Source: a bacterium (GTDB taxonomy: Bacteria; Patescibacteriota; Minisyncoccia; Phycocordibacterales; UBA6899). From it: DNA of 64,000 bases. Made by a program: the position numbers and the translations under genes. Under the pieces are notes generated by a model. That model was given only the letters and a program-made list of their open reading frames with translations. It had not been told where the DNA came from and did not search any database. Numbering within the stretch: position 1 is the stretch's first letter; every line of letters begins with the position of its first letter. The stretch is from the NCBI GenBank assembly GCA_021851895.1, contig JAJZQJ010000005.1, positions 14,572-78,571 of the forward strand, given 5' to 3'. Shown piece by piece: positions 9,825 to 19,953 of this stretch.

Positions 9825-11495
9825 TTAACGACGACGTAAGTCGATCACTGCGCCTGGTGCTTGCACGCGAACCACTCTACGTAATTCAAGCGGTGCAGTC
9901 TGTACTGGTCGAACACTATTCGCGCGCACCTCGTTTCGATCAGCACGCGGTGGAGGTAAGGCCAGTGTCGGAGCCCCTCCTTGAGCACCTCTCATTTGAT
10001 AGGAAAGATATGACTTTCCTATGCGCCAGCCACCAATGACAAGCAATAGTATGAACAGCGGAAGCAAAGCGATCGAGAGTGCAGGATTTCTGCCGAGGAA
10101 GCCGAGTATGGATGGAGAAACCTCGACATCGACATGGACAGGAACGTCAGACGAAGCGCCATTCGACTTCGACTGAGTAACCGACAACATATAGTTTCCG
10201 GGAAGCACACTCTCGGTGAGTGTATATGTACCCTTTCCATCACTATCAAGCTGTACGTCATCGACGTGATGTACGGAACCCCCCTCAAAAACGACCTTCG
10301 CAGTCGCACCAGGGATTCCTTTGACATGCGCGACGATAGGACTTGCCTCCCTGAACTTCTCCTGATCAAGCGTAACGATAGGCTGATCAAGCGAAAGTAC
10401 TTCATATTTCACCTTCGACTCACTCCTATTCCCTGCCTTATCGACTGCCGCGATCGTCAGATCATGAGCTCCAAAAACTGTAGAGCGGAAATGATATATA
10501 CCCGAACCATCATCAGTCCAATTCGTTGGTGCCCCTTTGTCGATAGTGAACTCATAATGGTCGAGACCAGAAATCGTATCCGTTGCACTCACACTGAATG
10601 CAATATTTGGATCGTGCTTATCTATGCGTTCAACTTCAGTTGTCGTCCCCAGTAACGGAGCGCTATGATCGATCGCAATTCGAAAGTGTGCGGAGTCCTT
10701 TAATGCACCGCCCGCAGGCGTAACATGAAAGAACCATTCCCCCTCATCAAGATCAGTGATCGTGCGCGTCGTTGTACCTGACGGGATACTCTTATAACCA
10801 AGATCATCCCTATTATGGGAAAGTCCAACAAGTACGTCCTGCACTGCATGTGGGAGCGTCCAAGACATCGTCACTTCACGTAGCGGATACCACAATGATT
10901 CGTCGGGAATCTCCTTTGCGGTGACAGTTAATGCAACCGAGTCTGAAGCCCCGAGCACTTCACCAGAATTCGGTGTTGTCGTCGCATCAGTTGTCGTCGC
11001 ATCAGAATTATTTTCAAATCCTTCTTTTGGAGACACGTCAAAGCTTGCTTGGATGATGCGACCAAGTGTATTACCTCCCGTACCATCCGCCGCTACCGTC
11101 GACGCACCAGAAGTAAATCGTAACTCAGGCTTACCTGGTCGTAGTGCATGTACTTGCAACGTGAGCAGTTCGAGTGTTGATGGAGCACCGCTCTTGATCA
11201 TTCCTGAATAACGCAATACGCCATCCGCAATGCTCGGCGTCACCACCCAAGAGACATCTTGTGAAGTAGAGACGATATCAATGCTTACCAACTTTGGATC
11301 GAATTCAAGCGTCGCCTCGACCGCTGCCAACTTTTCTGGAGATTCAACCATGACACGTACAGGAATCGTCTCATCGACAGCATAACTCCCTGAGGCAGGA
11401 GAGAGCGATAAGGTACTTGATGCGAAAGCAAAGGACGGAAAAAGCGCTATTGAAAAAAGCGCTGCGAGGATCGTTTTCCGTGCACGTGTGTACAT
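9825..11495 (-). CDS. Cohesin plus Ig-like surface protein with C-terminal TM anchor
   Basis: Signal peptide, AVEATLEFDPKLV, DTISGLDHYE, AVDKAGN, TM and basic tail. Confidence 0.8.
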   Translation of the reverse strand: MYTRARKTILAALFSIALFPSFAFASSTLSLSPASGSYAVDETIPVRVMVESPEKLAAVEATLEFDPKLVSIDIVSTSQDVSWVVTPSIADGVLRYSGMIKSGAPSTLELLTLQVHALRPGKPELRFTSGASTVAADGTGGNTLGRIIQASFDVSPKEGFENNSDATTTDATTTPNSGEVLGASDSVALTVTAKEIPDESLWYPLREVTMSWTLPHAVQDVLVGLSHNRDDLGYKSIPSGTTTRTITDLDEGEWFFHVTPAGGALKDSAHFRIAIDHSAPLLGTTTEVERIDKHDPNIAFSVSATDTISGLDHYEFTIDKGAPTNWTDDGSGIYHFRSTVFGAHDLTIAAVDKAGNRSESKVKYEVLSLDQPIVTLDQEKFREASPIVAHVKGIPGATAKVVFEGGSVHHVDDVQLDSDGKGTYTLTESVLPGNYMLSVTQSKSNGASSDVPVHVDVEVSPSILGFLGRNPALSIALLPLFILLLVIGGWRIGKSYLSYQMRGAQGGAPTLALPPPRADRNEVRANSVRPVQTAPLELRRVVRVQAPGAVIDLRRR

Positions 11496-11580
11496 GCTTG
11501 TATTATATCATGCTCAATCGTCACACATCGCAAGATATTCTATTTGGTGTGCATAAAAACCGCCTTATGTTGAGCGGTTT

Positions 11581-12576
11581 TTATGGCATATCAGACTCTT
11601 CGTCTTCTCGATCATGAAGTGCATCATCTCTATGATGATAATGTTTGAAACTCATGAATACAGCGATCGATGAAACGATGAGCAATATGAGTGGGAGTAT
11701 GTAGTCACTGAATGAGAACGTGTCGAGTAACGATCGATAATTTTTTGGTGGAATGATCTCCTCCTGCATGTTACCCGCATTGTCATATGCGCGAACGACG
11801 ATGCGACTACTGAGCGTCTGATCCTGGAGTAAGTAAGGACTCGTCGCCGGTGCTGGCTTCGCCTTTATGCGACTCCCAAGTCTGAAACCGAAACTATTTG
11901 GATCCTCTTCAAGTACCTCATAATGCTCGACCCCGCTTTGCTTATCCGTCGTGTCGAAGACGAGATAATACGGCGACTTCGGATTGTTCACATCCTTGAT
12001 GATCTCCGGTACGAACTCCTCAGGTGGGAAAGTATCATCGTTCACGACACCGATCCATTCATTCCGTGAAGTCGACGTAGCGGCATAAGTGACGGTCATC
12101 GGAAGCGTCGTGAGTGCAGCTCTACCGCCGTGACCATCATTGAGATCGACTTCCGTATCGGGAAGCATCGCTATCGTTGCAGGAGAACTTGCTTGATTTC
12201 CCTTGTACTGGAAAATGACCTTCGCAACGATGTTCGACTGCCCTGGATCCCCTACCGCCTTACCGCAGTAGCCTCCAGGTATACCGCCTATGAAATGTAT
12301 CTGACCAGCCGACTTGTCAATGACTTGGTCGAGCCAAAGTGAAAAGATAGATTCTCCACGGGAGACCGTTTCGAGCGAAAAGAGGTCAGCGGGATACGCG
12401 ATTCCGACGCTCACGGCATTGATGCACTCACCGGGAGACACATCGATACGCAACGTCGAAACGAACACATCTCCAGGCACCGAAGCACGGAGCGGTGGAT
12501 CGAAACGCAAAGTTGCCGCCTGAGCAAATACAGGAAGAAGGATCGATGAAAGAAATATTGGGAGTGTTTTTTTCAT
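11581..12576 (-). CDS. Cohesin-domain surface protein with C-terminal TM
   Basis: Signal peptide, INAVSVGIAYPADL, GGIPGGY, DKQSGVEHYEV, AYDNAGN. Confidence 0.8.
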   Translation of the reverse strand: MKKTLPIFLSSILLPVFAQAATLRFDPPLRASVPGDVFVSTLRIDVSPGECINAVSVGIAYPADLFSLETVSRGESIFSLWLDQVIDKSAGQIHFIGGIPGGYCGKAVGDPGQSNIVAKVIFQYKGNQASSPATIAMLPDTEVDLNDGHGGRAALTTLPMTVTYAATSTSRNEWIGVVNDDTFPPEEFVPEIIKDVNNPKSPYYLVFDTTDKQSGVEHYEVLEEDPNSFGFRLGSRIKAKPAPATSPYLLQDQTLSSRIVVRAYDNAGNMQEEIIPPKNYRSLLDTFSFSDYILPLILLIVSSIAVFMSFKHYHHRDDALHDREDEESDMP

Positions 12577-12578
12577 GA

Positions 12579-13772
12579 TTATGAGGTCCAGTTATAAAGC
12601 ATGATCGAAAGATCGGCGATGTTCACTTTTCCATCGTGATTAAGATCACCGACGGGATCGGACTTACCGAACCGGAAGAGCAACATCGAAAAGTCTATCA
12701 TGTTCACCTTACCATCGCCGTTGATATCTCCATTACTCGTTTGATCAGTCACATTACTATTTCCGACGAAGATGTTGAGCGCGGTACCATTTCCACTCTT
12801 TTGAGGAACCGTACCAGTCGCTGCGATCAGCTCGAGATATGGGAGGATCTGATGATAGATCTCTGGCGTCATTGCTCCCGTCGAAAGCTTTGCGTCCCAA
12901 CTTCCATCATCCTTCGAAGTAGCTGTTTCGACTGGCGCACTCGACCTATCGAGAAGCAATTGCACATGCGCGCGCGGCGCGGTCGTACCATCAAGCATGA
13001 TATCGGATCCAGGTGAAACCTTCTGAAGGAGTGCTCTGATGGTCGGAGGAAGGAAGACATTACCAACATTCGTAACGGCGTTCTGAGTGACCTGAAAAGT
13101 CGTCGTATAGGTGATCGATCTTATCTTCTTTGCATCCTCTGCCCAAAATCCGAATGTCGTCGGACCAGGCGTTGCATTGGCGACGTTATAAGTGAAATCA
13201 GCATTCGAATCTGACTGTGCGATACCGAGGAGCTGTCCATCCTTCAAGATCTGCACACGTGCATTCGGATAGGCCTTTCCCGCAAAGATCACCTGCGTCT
13301 GCGCGCGCATCGGAACACCGCCCGATCCCCCACCACTACCGGAAGGTGTCGGCGGAGGCTGCGGCGGTGTTGTCGATGAAATAGGTGCTTCTTTCTGTTT
13401 ACATGCGTCTGTGCAAAAATTATTACCATCGGGGACGCACTCTTCTCCGTAATACGGTTTCAAAACGCCATCTCCGCAGTATGGTCCCCAAGAGCGACAG
13501 TTCGTCGCGCAATGACGAGAATCACTACTCGTCGCATATGCCCCATCGTTAAAACCAAGACCGAAGTCACACACCTCACCACTATCGACGATACCGTTAT
13601 TACAAATAGAAACAGCAACCGTTGATGTCGCGATCACCATATTGAGCTCAGCGGAAGCATTATACGCACTTGATAATAACACAAACACAAGTAGAGCAAC
13701 GAAAAACGCGACACGCTCCATGGTGCGTATCAGGAAAGGAGCGTGTCGCGTTTTTGTGTTCCATCCGTACAT
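12579..13772 (-). CDS. Secreted protein: Cys-rich repeats, Ig-like domains, C-terminal dockerin-like domain
   Basis: CNNGIVDSGEVCD and CGDGVL..GEEC repeats; GDINGDGKVNMIDFS / GDLNHDGKVNIADLS. True start may be 13721. Confidence 0.8.
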   Translation of the reverse strand: MYGWNTKTRHAPFLIRTMERVAFFVALLVFVLLSSAYNASAELNMVIATSTVAVSICNNGIVDSGEVCDFGLGFNDGAYATSSDSRHCATNCRSWGPYCGDGVLKPYYGEECVPDGNNFCTDACKQKEAPISSTTPPQPPPTPSGSGGGSGGVPMRAQTQVIFAGKAYPNARVQILKDGQLLGIAQSDSNADFTYNVANATPGPTTFGFWAEDAKKIRSITYTTTFQVTQNAVTNVGNVFLPPTIRALLQKVSPGSDIMLDGTTAPRAHVQLLLDRSSAPVETATSKDDGSWDAKLSTGAMTPEIYHQILPYLELIAATGTVPQKSGNGTALNIFVGNSNVTDQTSNGDINGDGKVNMIDFSMLLFRFGKSDPVGDLNHDGKVNIADLSIMLYNWTS

Positions 13773-13781
13773 CTTTGTCGT

Positions 13782-14873
13782 TTATCGCTTCTTGAGGTTG
13801 ACGACGTCACCACCCGAAGATGCTGCCGAGCGTCGCACGCTTGGCGCAGAAGGCGCTTGAGAGCGCATACGTGCCGTACTTGAAGTCACTCCCATGCCAC
13901 CACGTGACGGGGTCGCGGATTCAGAAGCTTCTCTGCGTGCACGTCGTGCGCGACGCTTCTTGCGTCCTAAGACTGGGGTGACGATCGCAAGACTTACCGT
14001 CACAACAGGCAAGATGAGCGTCAGCTTATCAGGCAAAGAAAGCCCTTCGAAACCATATGGCTTATAACCTGCGATCGTTCCACGTGGGAAAATCGATAGC
14101 GTCAATTCCCCGACCTGTGCCGAAGAATCCTTTTCCTTCATGACGTTATATTTCACTCTATACGAACCTGTCGGCAAGAAAGTCGGAAGGTAGGCTTCAA
14201 CACGTTGGGAGGCAAATGGCAGGATCTCTTTGATGCTATTGGTATTTTCAGAGGTTTCAAGCAACTGCCTGCCCGTGATGTCGTAAGTTTCAAAGCGGAT
14301 CTTGTATGGAGCCGCGGGGACGTTACCCGTGTTCTCGAGCTGCATCGCAAAAGTCATCTTTCCAGGATAGTTGAGCCATAACACCTTATGGCCCTCCTCG
14401 GCATCGAAGAGCTCGACACGCCGTACTTCGAAATCGAATATCTGATCACGCACGCGCAAGAAGACATCTATTTGTGCTCCGAGAACGAGTGATATTCCTG
14501 AACCTTGTTCTCCAGTTCCCGAAGTTCTTATACGAATACTTCCTCTATAATCTCCAAGCTTTGCATTGTCGGGGACGTGCACTGCGATCTTAAGTCGCAC
14601 CTGACTCTCTCCTTTAGGGAGAAGGAACTTCAGACCACGATCACTTGAGATCCAAGATTCGAACCCTGGAGTATTGATCGTGAGTTCTGCGTTCAGGTCA
14701 TCTGTGGGATCAGAACGCACGATGATGATCTCTTGTGTAAAATCACTACCTGGACGCAGTGTTTCATTATGCACATATGGTGGAGTGATACCAAAACCGG
14801 CTAACGCGACATTCGTCTGCATCAGCCAAGATAACAAAGCTCCTGCAATAAAAAAGATTGCTCGGCGTTGCAT
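13782..14873 (-). CDS. DUF916/PapD-like beta-sandwich membrane-anchored protein
   Basis: Signal peptide, FGITPPY, LENTGNV, C-terminal TM and RKKRR stop-transfer. Confidence 0.6.
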   Translation of the reverse strand: MQRRAIFFIAGALLSWLMQTNVALAGFGITPPYVHNETLRPGSDFTQEIIIVRSDPTDDLNAELTINTPGFESWISSDRGLKFLLPKGESQVRLKIAVHVPDNAKLGDYRGSIRIRTSGTGEQGSGISLVLGAQIDVFLRVRDQIFDFEVRRVELFDAEEGHKVLWLNYPGKMTFAMQLENTGNVPAAPYKIRFETYDITGRQLLETSENTNSIKEILPFASQRVEAYLPTFLPTGSYRVKYNVMKEKDSSAQVGELTLSIFPRGTIAGYKPYGFEGLSLPDKLTLILPVVTVSLAIVTPVLGRKKRRARRARREASESATPSRGGMGVTSSTARMRSQAPSAPSVRRSAASSGGDVVNLKKR

Positions 14874-15006
14874 GTGTGTGCTTCACTGTATTTTATCATC
14901 CTTTAGAACACGGCGCCACTCTCAGAATGTGTATAAGATGTGCTTTCAAAATAGCAATTACAACTGCAACTAGAGCCCGTGAACAGAAAAACCGCCAGAG
15001 GCGGTT

Positions 15007-16905
15007 TTACCATGTTGCTGACGAGTTAATGACAGCATCAATTGCATTTTGACCCTTATAGTCACCCGAAACGGTAATCGTTGCCGGAACAGTGATACCC
15101 CAATAGAGTGTTCCTGTATTTGGCGTCGAGGTCGACGTAGACTTCAAGATGTTAAAATCAAAGAATTTAGGAGTCGTCGATGCGAGAGAGACGCCGGATG
15201 CATACGCGATAGTACTCGTCGCATAGTGCTCTGCACTTGCAGGAATCGTATCGGTCGGACTTCCTGAACACGAACCAGGAGTCGTACACATATCTGTTCC
15301 AGAGATGTTTGCATCGAGTGACGCATTTCCCGTAGCTTCGATTGCGAGCAATGAGCTTGTTGCCCCCTGATCGTCAACACCGATCGTCGTATTTCCTTGT
15401 CCCGGCTCCCAGCCACCGAAGCTGAACGTATTTGCAGTGAGACCAAGCGCGGAGAGGATATTCATCTCAGAGCCGGTAAGCTTAAGATTCGACGAGGTGG
15501 CACCGGCATGATCCATCGGTGTGATATTCACCTTCATCTGCTCGCTCGCCCAAGGTGATCCGAAATCAGTCGGGTCTGTCGTATACCACAGTGGGAACGT
15601 ACAAGACCAACCGACGGTCATATCCGATGGCCCAGTACAAGAATCGCTCATGTACGTAGGGTCTGGTGCGCAAACAACATTCCAACTTGCGGTCTTATCT
15701 CCGCTCGAGTAGCAGCTGTTGTAGTTTTGCTGGCCGTCCGAGAGTCCATTACATGAAGCATCTGGGTAGCCACTGCGATAGAGCGTGATGATCGTGCTTG
15801 ATGCTTGTGGTGTCCCCGCTGCAGTTGTACACGAATTATAATCAGAAACCTGGAATGAAAGCTTGAAATTTGGAGTCTCACCCTTCTCTACAACCAATTT
15901 CATCGACGTGCTTGCATATTGGTCAACGAGAGAAATTGTTCCAGGAACGATCGTTGGAGCAACATTGTTTACAGTAAACGTCGATGCAGTACCCTGCTGA
16001 GGTCCGATAGCTTGCGCACCACGACTGTCAACGATATACGGATATGTCGTTGTCGTTCCGTCGAGTGTTGGGATCGGGAATGTCCACGATGCTACAGGAT
16101 TCGTCTGTACTGCAGAAGTTGAGCTCGCCCATGTACCGCCAGATCCACAATTAGTTCCGGTGAAATCTGCGGCCTTACAGAGAAAGAGTGTTGCGAGATC
16201 AGGACCATTGATCGTATCTTGATGAGTGACCTCAGTAGAAGATGCGGTGAAAGTGATCAACTGACCTGGATCCTTTGGACCATCATTGGTTAGCGAACTG
16301 AAGGTATGCGGGTGATTGATGACAAGCGGTGATGCTTCAGGTGCACCTGGAGTACCCTGCACGAGAGGATCTGTCGTCTTCGAGCACTTTGGAAGACCAA
16401 CGACATCGTCACAGACGAATGCATACCACTGTATGGTCTCGTTCACGTTGTCGATAATAGGACTCGAAGTTGCATAAACGATCGCCGTTGCTGGGTAGAT
16501 CGGTGCTGGAGGAGTACCACTCGTTACCGCAAGCTGGTTTGAAATACCACCAGCACAGGATGGCTGTGCAGAAGTCGTAGCGGTTGGCGCTCCACCAGTC
16601 TTACAGATAAGGAGATAGATGTTATTACTCGAGCTATCGTATGCGTCTGCTGACCACACGACTACCGAACCATTTACGGTTGGCGTCGTTGTCGCTGAGA
16701 CGACGACCTCACGAGGTGCGGCGTTGAATCGCGGCGGCGTGTTGAGCACCTTCACCGTTGAAGTCGCAGCTCCGGAGCCTCCTGCAAGTGCTTGAGTACT
16801 AAAAACACCGATCGTCGACACGCCGATGAGAGTGACCAAAGCGAAAATTCCGGTCGCAACCGTAATTTTTCCTGCGGTCTTCCAATAAGTGAATTTGCCG
16901 TCCAT
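15007..16905 (-). CDS. Cys/Thr-rich secreted protein with WxL-like C-terminal strand
   Basis: Signal/TM, many Cys, ends LYWGITVPA...GDYKGQNAIDAV. Confidence 0.7.
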   Translation of the reverse strand: MDGKFTYWKTAGKITVATGIFALVTLIGVSTIGVFSTQALAGGSGAATSTVKVLNTPPRFNAAPREVVVSATTTPTVNGSVVVWSADAYDSSSNNIYLLICKTGGAPTATTSAQPSCAGGISNQLAVTSGTPPAPIYPATAIVYATSSPIIDNVNETIQWYAFVCDDVVGLPKCSKTTDPLVQGTPGAPEASPLVINHPHTFSSLTNDGPKDPGQLITFTASSTEVTHQDTINGPDLATLFLCKAADFTGTNCGSGGTWASSTSAVQTNPVASWTFPIPTLDGTTTTYPYIVDSRGAQAIGPQQGTASTFTVNNVAPTIVPGTISLVDQYASTSMKLVVEKGETPNFKLSFQVSDYNSCTTAAGTPQASSTIITLYRSGYPDASCNGLSDGQQNYNSCYSSGDKTASWNVVCAPDPTYMSDSCTGPSDMTVGWSCTFPLWYTTDPTDFGSPWASEQMKVNITPMDHAGATSSNLKLTGSEMNILSALGLTANTFSFGGWEPGQGNTTIGVDDQGATSSLLAIEATGNASLDANISGTDMCTTPGSCSGSPTDTIPASAEHYATSTIAYASGVSLASTTPKFFDFNILKSTSTSTPNTGTLYWGITVPATITVSGDYKGQNAIDAVINSSATW

Positions 16906-17131
16906 GGTATGCAGTTTGTTAACAATATTATACACCATACAACTGCAACTAGATTGCATCTTATCCACAGTTATAGTAAAGAAAATCCTTTTCCTTACTT
17001 GCTTTTTTCTTAGCATGCCCCCTTCCCATTTCCTATCACGCCAAAATCAACTTCTTCACACCTCTTTCATAAGCACATATCTCGATGCCCCACTACGAAC
17101 TTCGGAACCCTTCACTTCGATATATGAAACC

Positions 17132-17216
17132 GCGAGGAATGTTGTCTGCACCGCTCAGCTTTGGAGTCCGACAACGTACAGTGGTACGGCGAGGACGAAA
17201 AGCGAGTGATCCTCGC
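17132..17216 (+). repeat. Possible short variant of the structured element (copy E)
   Basis: GCGAGGA...GCTT-TGGAG-TCC...CGTAC-AGTG-GTACG...GGA-CGAA-AAGC...TCCTCGC shares the GGAG/CGAA loop and CGTAC/GTACG hairpin. Confidence 0.45.
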
Positions 17217-17278
17217 AAAATAACCGCAGCTCACATCACGCTGGAGTAAACAAAAAACGGCAGAGCCGTTTTTTTTGT

Positions 17279-18487
17279 TTACCCATAACGCATAGCATCC
17301 AATGGCGAGAGTTTTGAAGCACGCACTGCAGGGAAAACTCCCGTGAGGAACCCAACCACGGCGGAAAATGCCGCAATGAAGAGCAAGAACGTGATCGGGA
17401 ACGAGAAGAGTGTCATCGCTTTTCCACCGAAATTCGCCGCAGCGAGATTCACAAGACCGTTGAGTGTTCCACCGATGATGAGCCCAAAAGTGATACCCAT
17501 GACACCCCCCAGGAATCCTACGATAACAGACTCCGAAAGGAAGAGGATCTTGATATCTTGAGATGAGGCACCCAGCGTGCGCATGATACCGATCTCCTTC
17601 GTGCGTTCGAGCAATGTGACGGTCATCGTATTGAACATACCGATCGCGGACACTGCGAGCGCGATACTTCCGAAGACCGCGAGCACGACCTGTATTCCAC
17701 TAAAGATCTTATTTGCTTGATCGACGGTCTTACTGAGCGCGGTGACAATATACCCCTTCCCAATGATGAGCGCCGTATCTGGGGCGAGAAACTCACTTGC
17801 AGTCACACGCACCTGCGCTTTTTCATACTGTGTTATCTGAATGTAATTACGCAACTCCGAGAGCTGCATGAATGCGGAAATGAATGCATCGTCGTTCGAG
17901 ACTCCAATGACACGGTAATTCCTGTCTATCGGAACCTCTTGTACATCATCTTTACCTTCGACAGGCACAAGCACCCTAAATGTGACCGTCTGACCAATCG
18001 CGTCCTTCGGGTCGGCGATATCAAAGAGCTTCAATAATGCTTTCGTAAGTACAACTCCGTCAGTGGTCGTATTTTTGTTTTTCTCTGTATGTAATTCACC
18101 GGCGACAGCACTCGCTCCAATGTAACGATAATATGCGGGATCAACTCCCTGCACAAATGCATTTCCAGTCAAACCCTTCATTGTGATGAGTGTTGGAAAC
18201 TGGGCCATCGCAGCGACATCCTTCACGTTAGGCATCGCACGGAAATCCGCTATCGCGGCGTCATTGAGCTGCACTCCTCGCGTAAGTGGCGAAGACACCG
18301 AAAGCGAAAGCAGCGTCTCTCCGAAGACGATCTGCTCGAGAATGATATTCTGTAAACCGAATCCGAGCGCGACGAGCGTAACTACGGCACCGGTACCGAT
18401 GCCCATACCTGCGATGGTAAGCCAAGTACGCGCGGGGTTCGTTTTGAACATACGCGTCGAAAGTTTTCCGATATCGTGAAGTCTCAT
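17279..18487 (-). CDS. MacB/FtsX-family ABC permease
   Basis: RTWLTIAGMGIG, ERTKEIGIMRTLGA, FLSES, PAVRASKLSPLDAMR. Confidence 0.93.
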   Translation of the reverse strand: MRLHDIGKLSTRMFKTNPARTWLTIAGMGIGTGAVVTLVALGFGLQNIILEQIVFGETLLSLSVSSPLTRGVQLNDAAIADFRAMPNVKDVAAMAQFPTLITMKGLTGNAFVQGVDPAYYRYIGASAVAGELHTEKNKNTTTDGVVLTKALLKLFDIADPKDAIGQTVTFRVLVPVEGKDDVQEVPIDRNYRVIGVSNDDAFISAFMQLSELRNYIQITQYEKAQVRVTASEFLAPDTALIIGKGYIVTALSKTVDQANKIFSGIQVVLAVFGSIALAVSAIGMFNTMTVTLLERTKEIGIMRTLGASSQDIKILFLSESVIVGFLGGVMGITFGLIIGGTLNGLVNLAAANFGGKAMTLFSFPITFLLFIAAFSAVVGFLTGVFPAVRASKLSPLDAMRYG

Positions 18488-18521
18488 GATTGTATTACTA
18501 TTCGTTCAAATATAATTCGAC

Positions 18522-19850
18522 CTAGTGATTTGCGGTACGCTGAATACCGAGTGCGATCAGTTTTTCGATCAAGCGAGTAACATCAAATGCCTGCTTTGCA
18601 TGAAGGCCGACTCCACCATCGTCACTCTTTAACTGTATCTGCTCGAGAAAATCCTCCTTGCGTGTAAAACCACCGATGCGCTGCTTAATGATATCTTCGA
18701 AAAATATCTTCTCTTTTTCTCCGAGTGTGAGCGCACACTGCGTTGAAAGGAATTCAGCAATGCGATTGACATACTCCGTATTGCGAATATACGTTTCCCC
18801 TCCCTCTTTCGCAGTCGCACGCCTATAGCGCTCGACATCATGTGCATGTTCAATGATGAGCTTCAATCGATCGACCATGATACCCGCACGCGCGACCGGA
18901 ATACCAATTCCGCCTTCGTGCTCACTGCGCATGAGAATCTGCATGTATTGAGGATAATCGATTCGGCCCTCAATGACCTGCTCAGTGAGTTTTTGCAACT
19001 TTGATATTTGATCAAACGAAAGCTCTTCGGTAAGGAAATTGATCAAACTTTTCGCCTGCAACTCCTTTGGACTGTCGTATGGATATATACGTGCGACCTG
19101 CTCGATCTCAGTGACGATCGTCGAACCCGCTTCAAGTTTGATGATCTGATCCTTTTCTGGATTCGGGACAACGCGAAGCACGCGCCCATCATTCATATAG
19201 ACGACGCGATGCGCTCGAGGAAGAAGTTTTGCATCGTGCGTGACGAGGAAGATCGTCTTCTTGTCACGCTGATTGATCTCGTCGAGGGTTGCCATGACGG
19301 CAGCTGCGGTAACTGAGTCGAGGTTTCCAACCGGCTCATCGGCGATGAGGATCTGCGGGTCATTGACGAGCGATCGCGCAGCAGAGACACGCTGCTGCTG
19401 ACCTCCAGAAAGATGCGTCGGCAGTTTCTGCACAACCTTATCAACTGAAAAACGCTTACAAAGTTCCATGGCCCTGATCTCACGCTCTCTCGGACCGATA
19501 CCATCGAAGATGAGCGGAAGCGCCACATTATCAAGCACGGTGATCGACGGTATCAGGTTGAACTGCTGGTACATGATTCCCATCGTCTTACGCTGGAAGA
19601 ACACCATGTCCATGGGAGCATAATCGTAGATCGATTCTCCATTCACATACATCTTTCCCGCTGACGGAGGGAGGACTCCAAAAATAGAGTAGAGCAAGGT
19701 CGACTTGCCGCAGCCCGATGGACCAAAGAGAATGATGTACTCCTGATCGAAAACCTCGAGCGTCGTTCCCTTGTTCGCCTTGAATTCATTCTCTTGTCCG
19801 AGATTATAAGTGATCTCGACATGATCGATGTAAACGATCGGTTTTGCCAT
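18522..19850 (-). CDS. MacB/LolD-type ABC ATPase with C-terminal extension
   Basis: GPSGCGKST, LSGGQQQR, ILIADEP, VTHD; about 200 extra C-terminal aa. Confidence 0.93.
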   Translation of the reverse strand: MAKPIVYIDHVEITYNLGQENEFKANKGTTLEVFDQEYIILFGPSGCGKSTLLYSIFGVLPPSAGKMYVNGESIYDYAPMDMVFFQRKTMGIMYQQFNLIPSITVLDNVALPLIFDGIGPREREIRAMELCKRFSVDKVVQKLPTHLSGGQQQRVSAARSLVNDPQILIADEPVGNLDSVTAAAVMATLDEINQRDKKTIFLVTHDAKLLPRAHRVVYMNDGRVLRVVPNPEKDQIIKLEAGSTIVTEIEQVARIYPYDSPKELQAKSLINFLTEELSFDQISKLQKLTEQVIEGRIDYPQYMQILMRSEHEGGIGIPVARAGIMVDRLKLIIEHAHDVERYRRATAKEGGETYIRNTEYVNRIAEFLSTQCALTLGEKEKIFFEDIIKQRIGGFTRKEDFLEQIQLKSDDGGVGLHAKQAFDVTRLIEKLIALGIQRTANH

Positions 19851-19953
19851 GCGCACATTGTACCAAGAGTCTCCTTTACGGTACCAGCATGAAGTAAGTA
19901 ACTAATAGATGTTCTACTTGTACCACATTCGAGAAAGACGTATAATATACACA

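Noticed and set aside
3735-17278. Recurrent AAAAACCGC...GCGGTTTTT palindromes as a mobile repeat
   Set aside because: Short hairpins with A/T tails at gene ends; ordinary bidirectional terminators.
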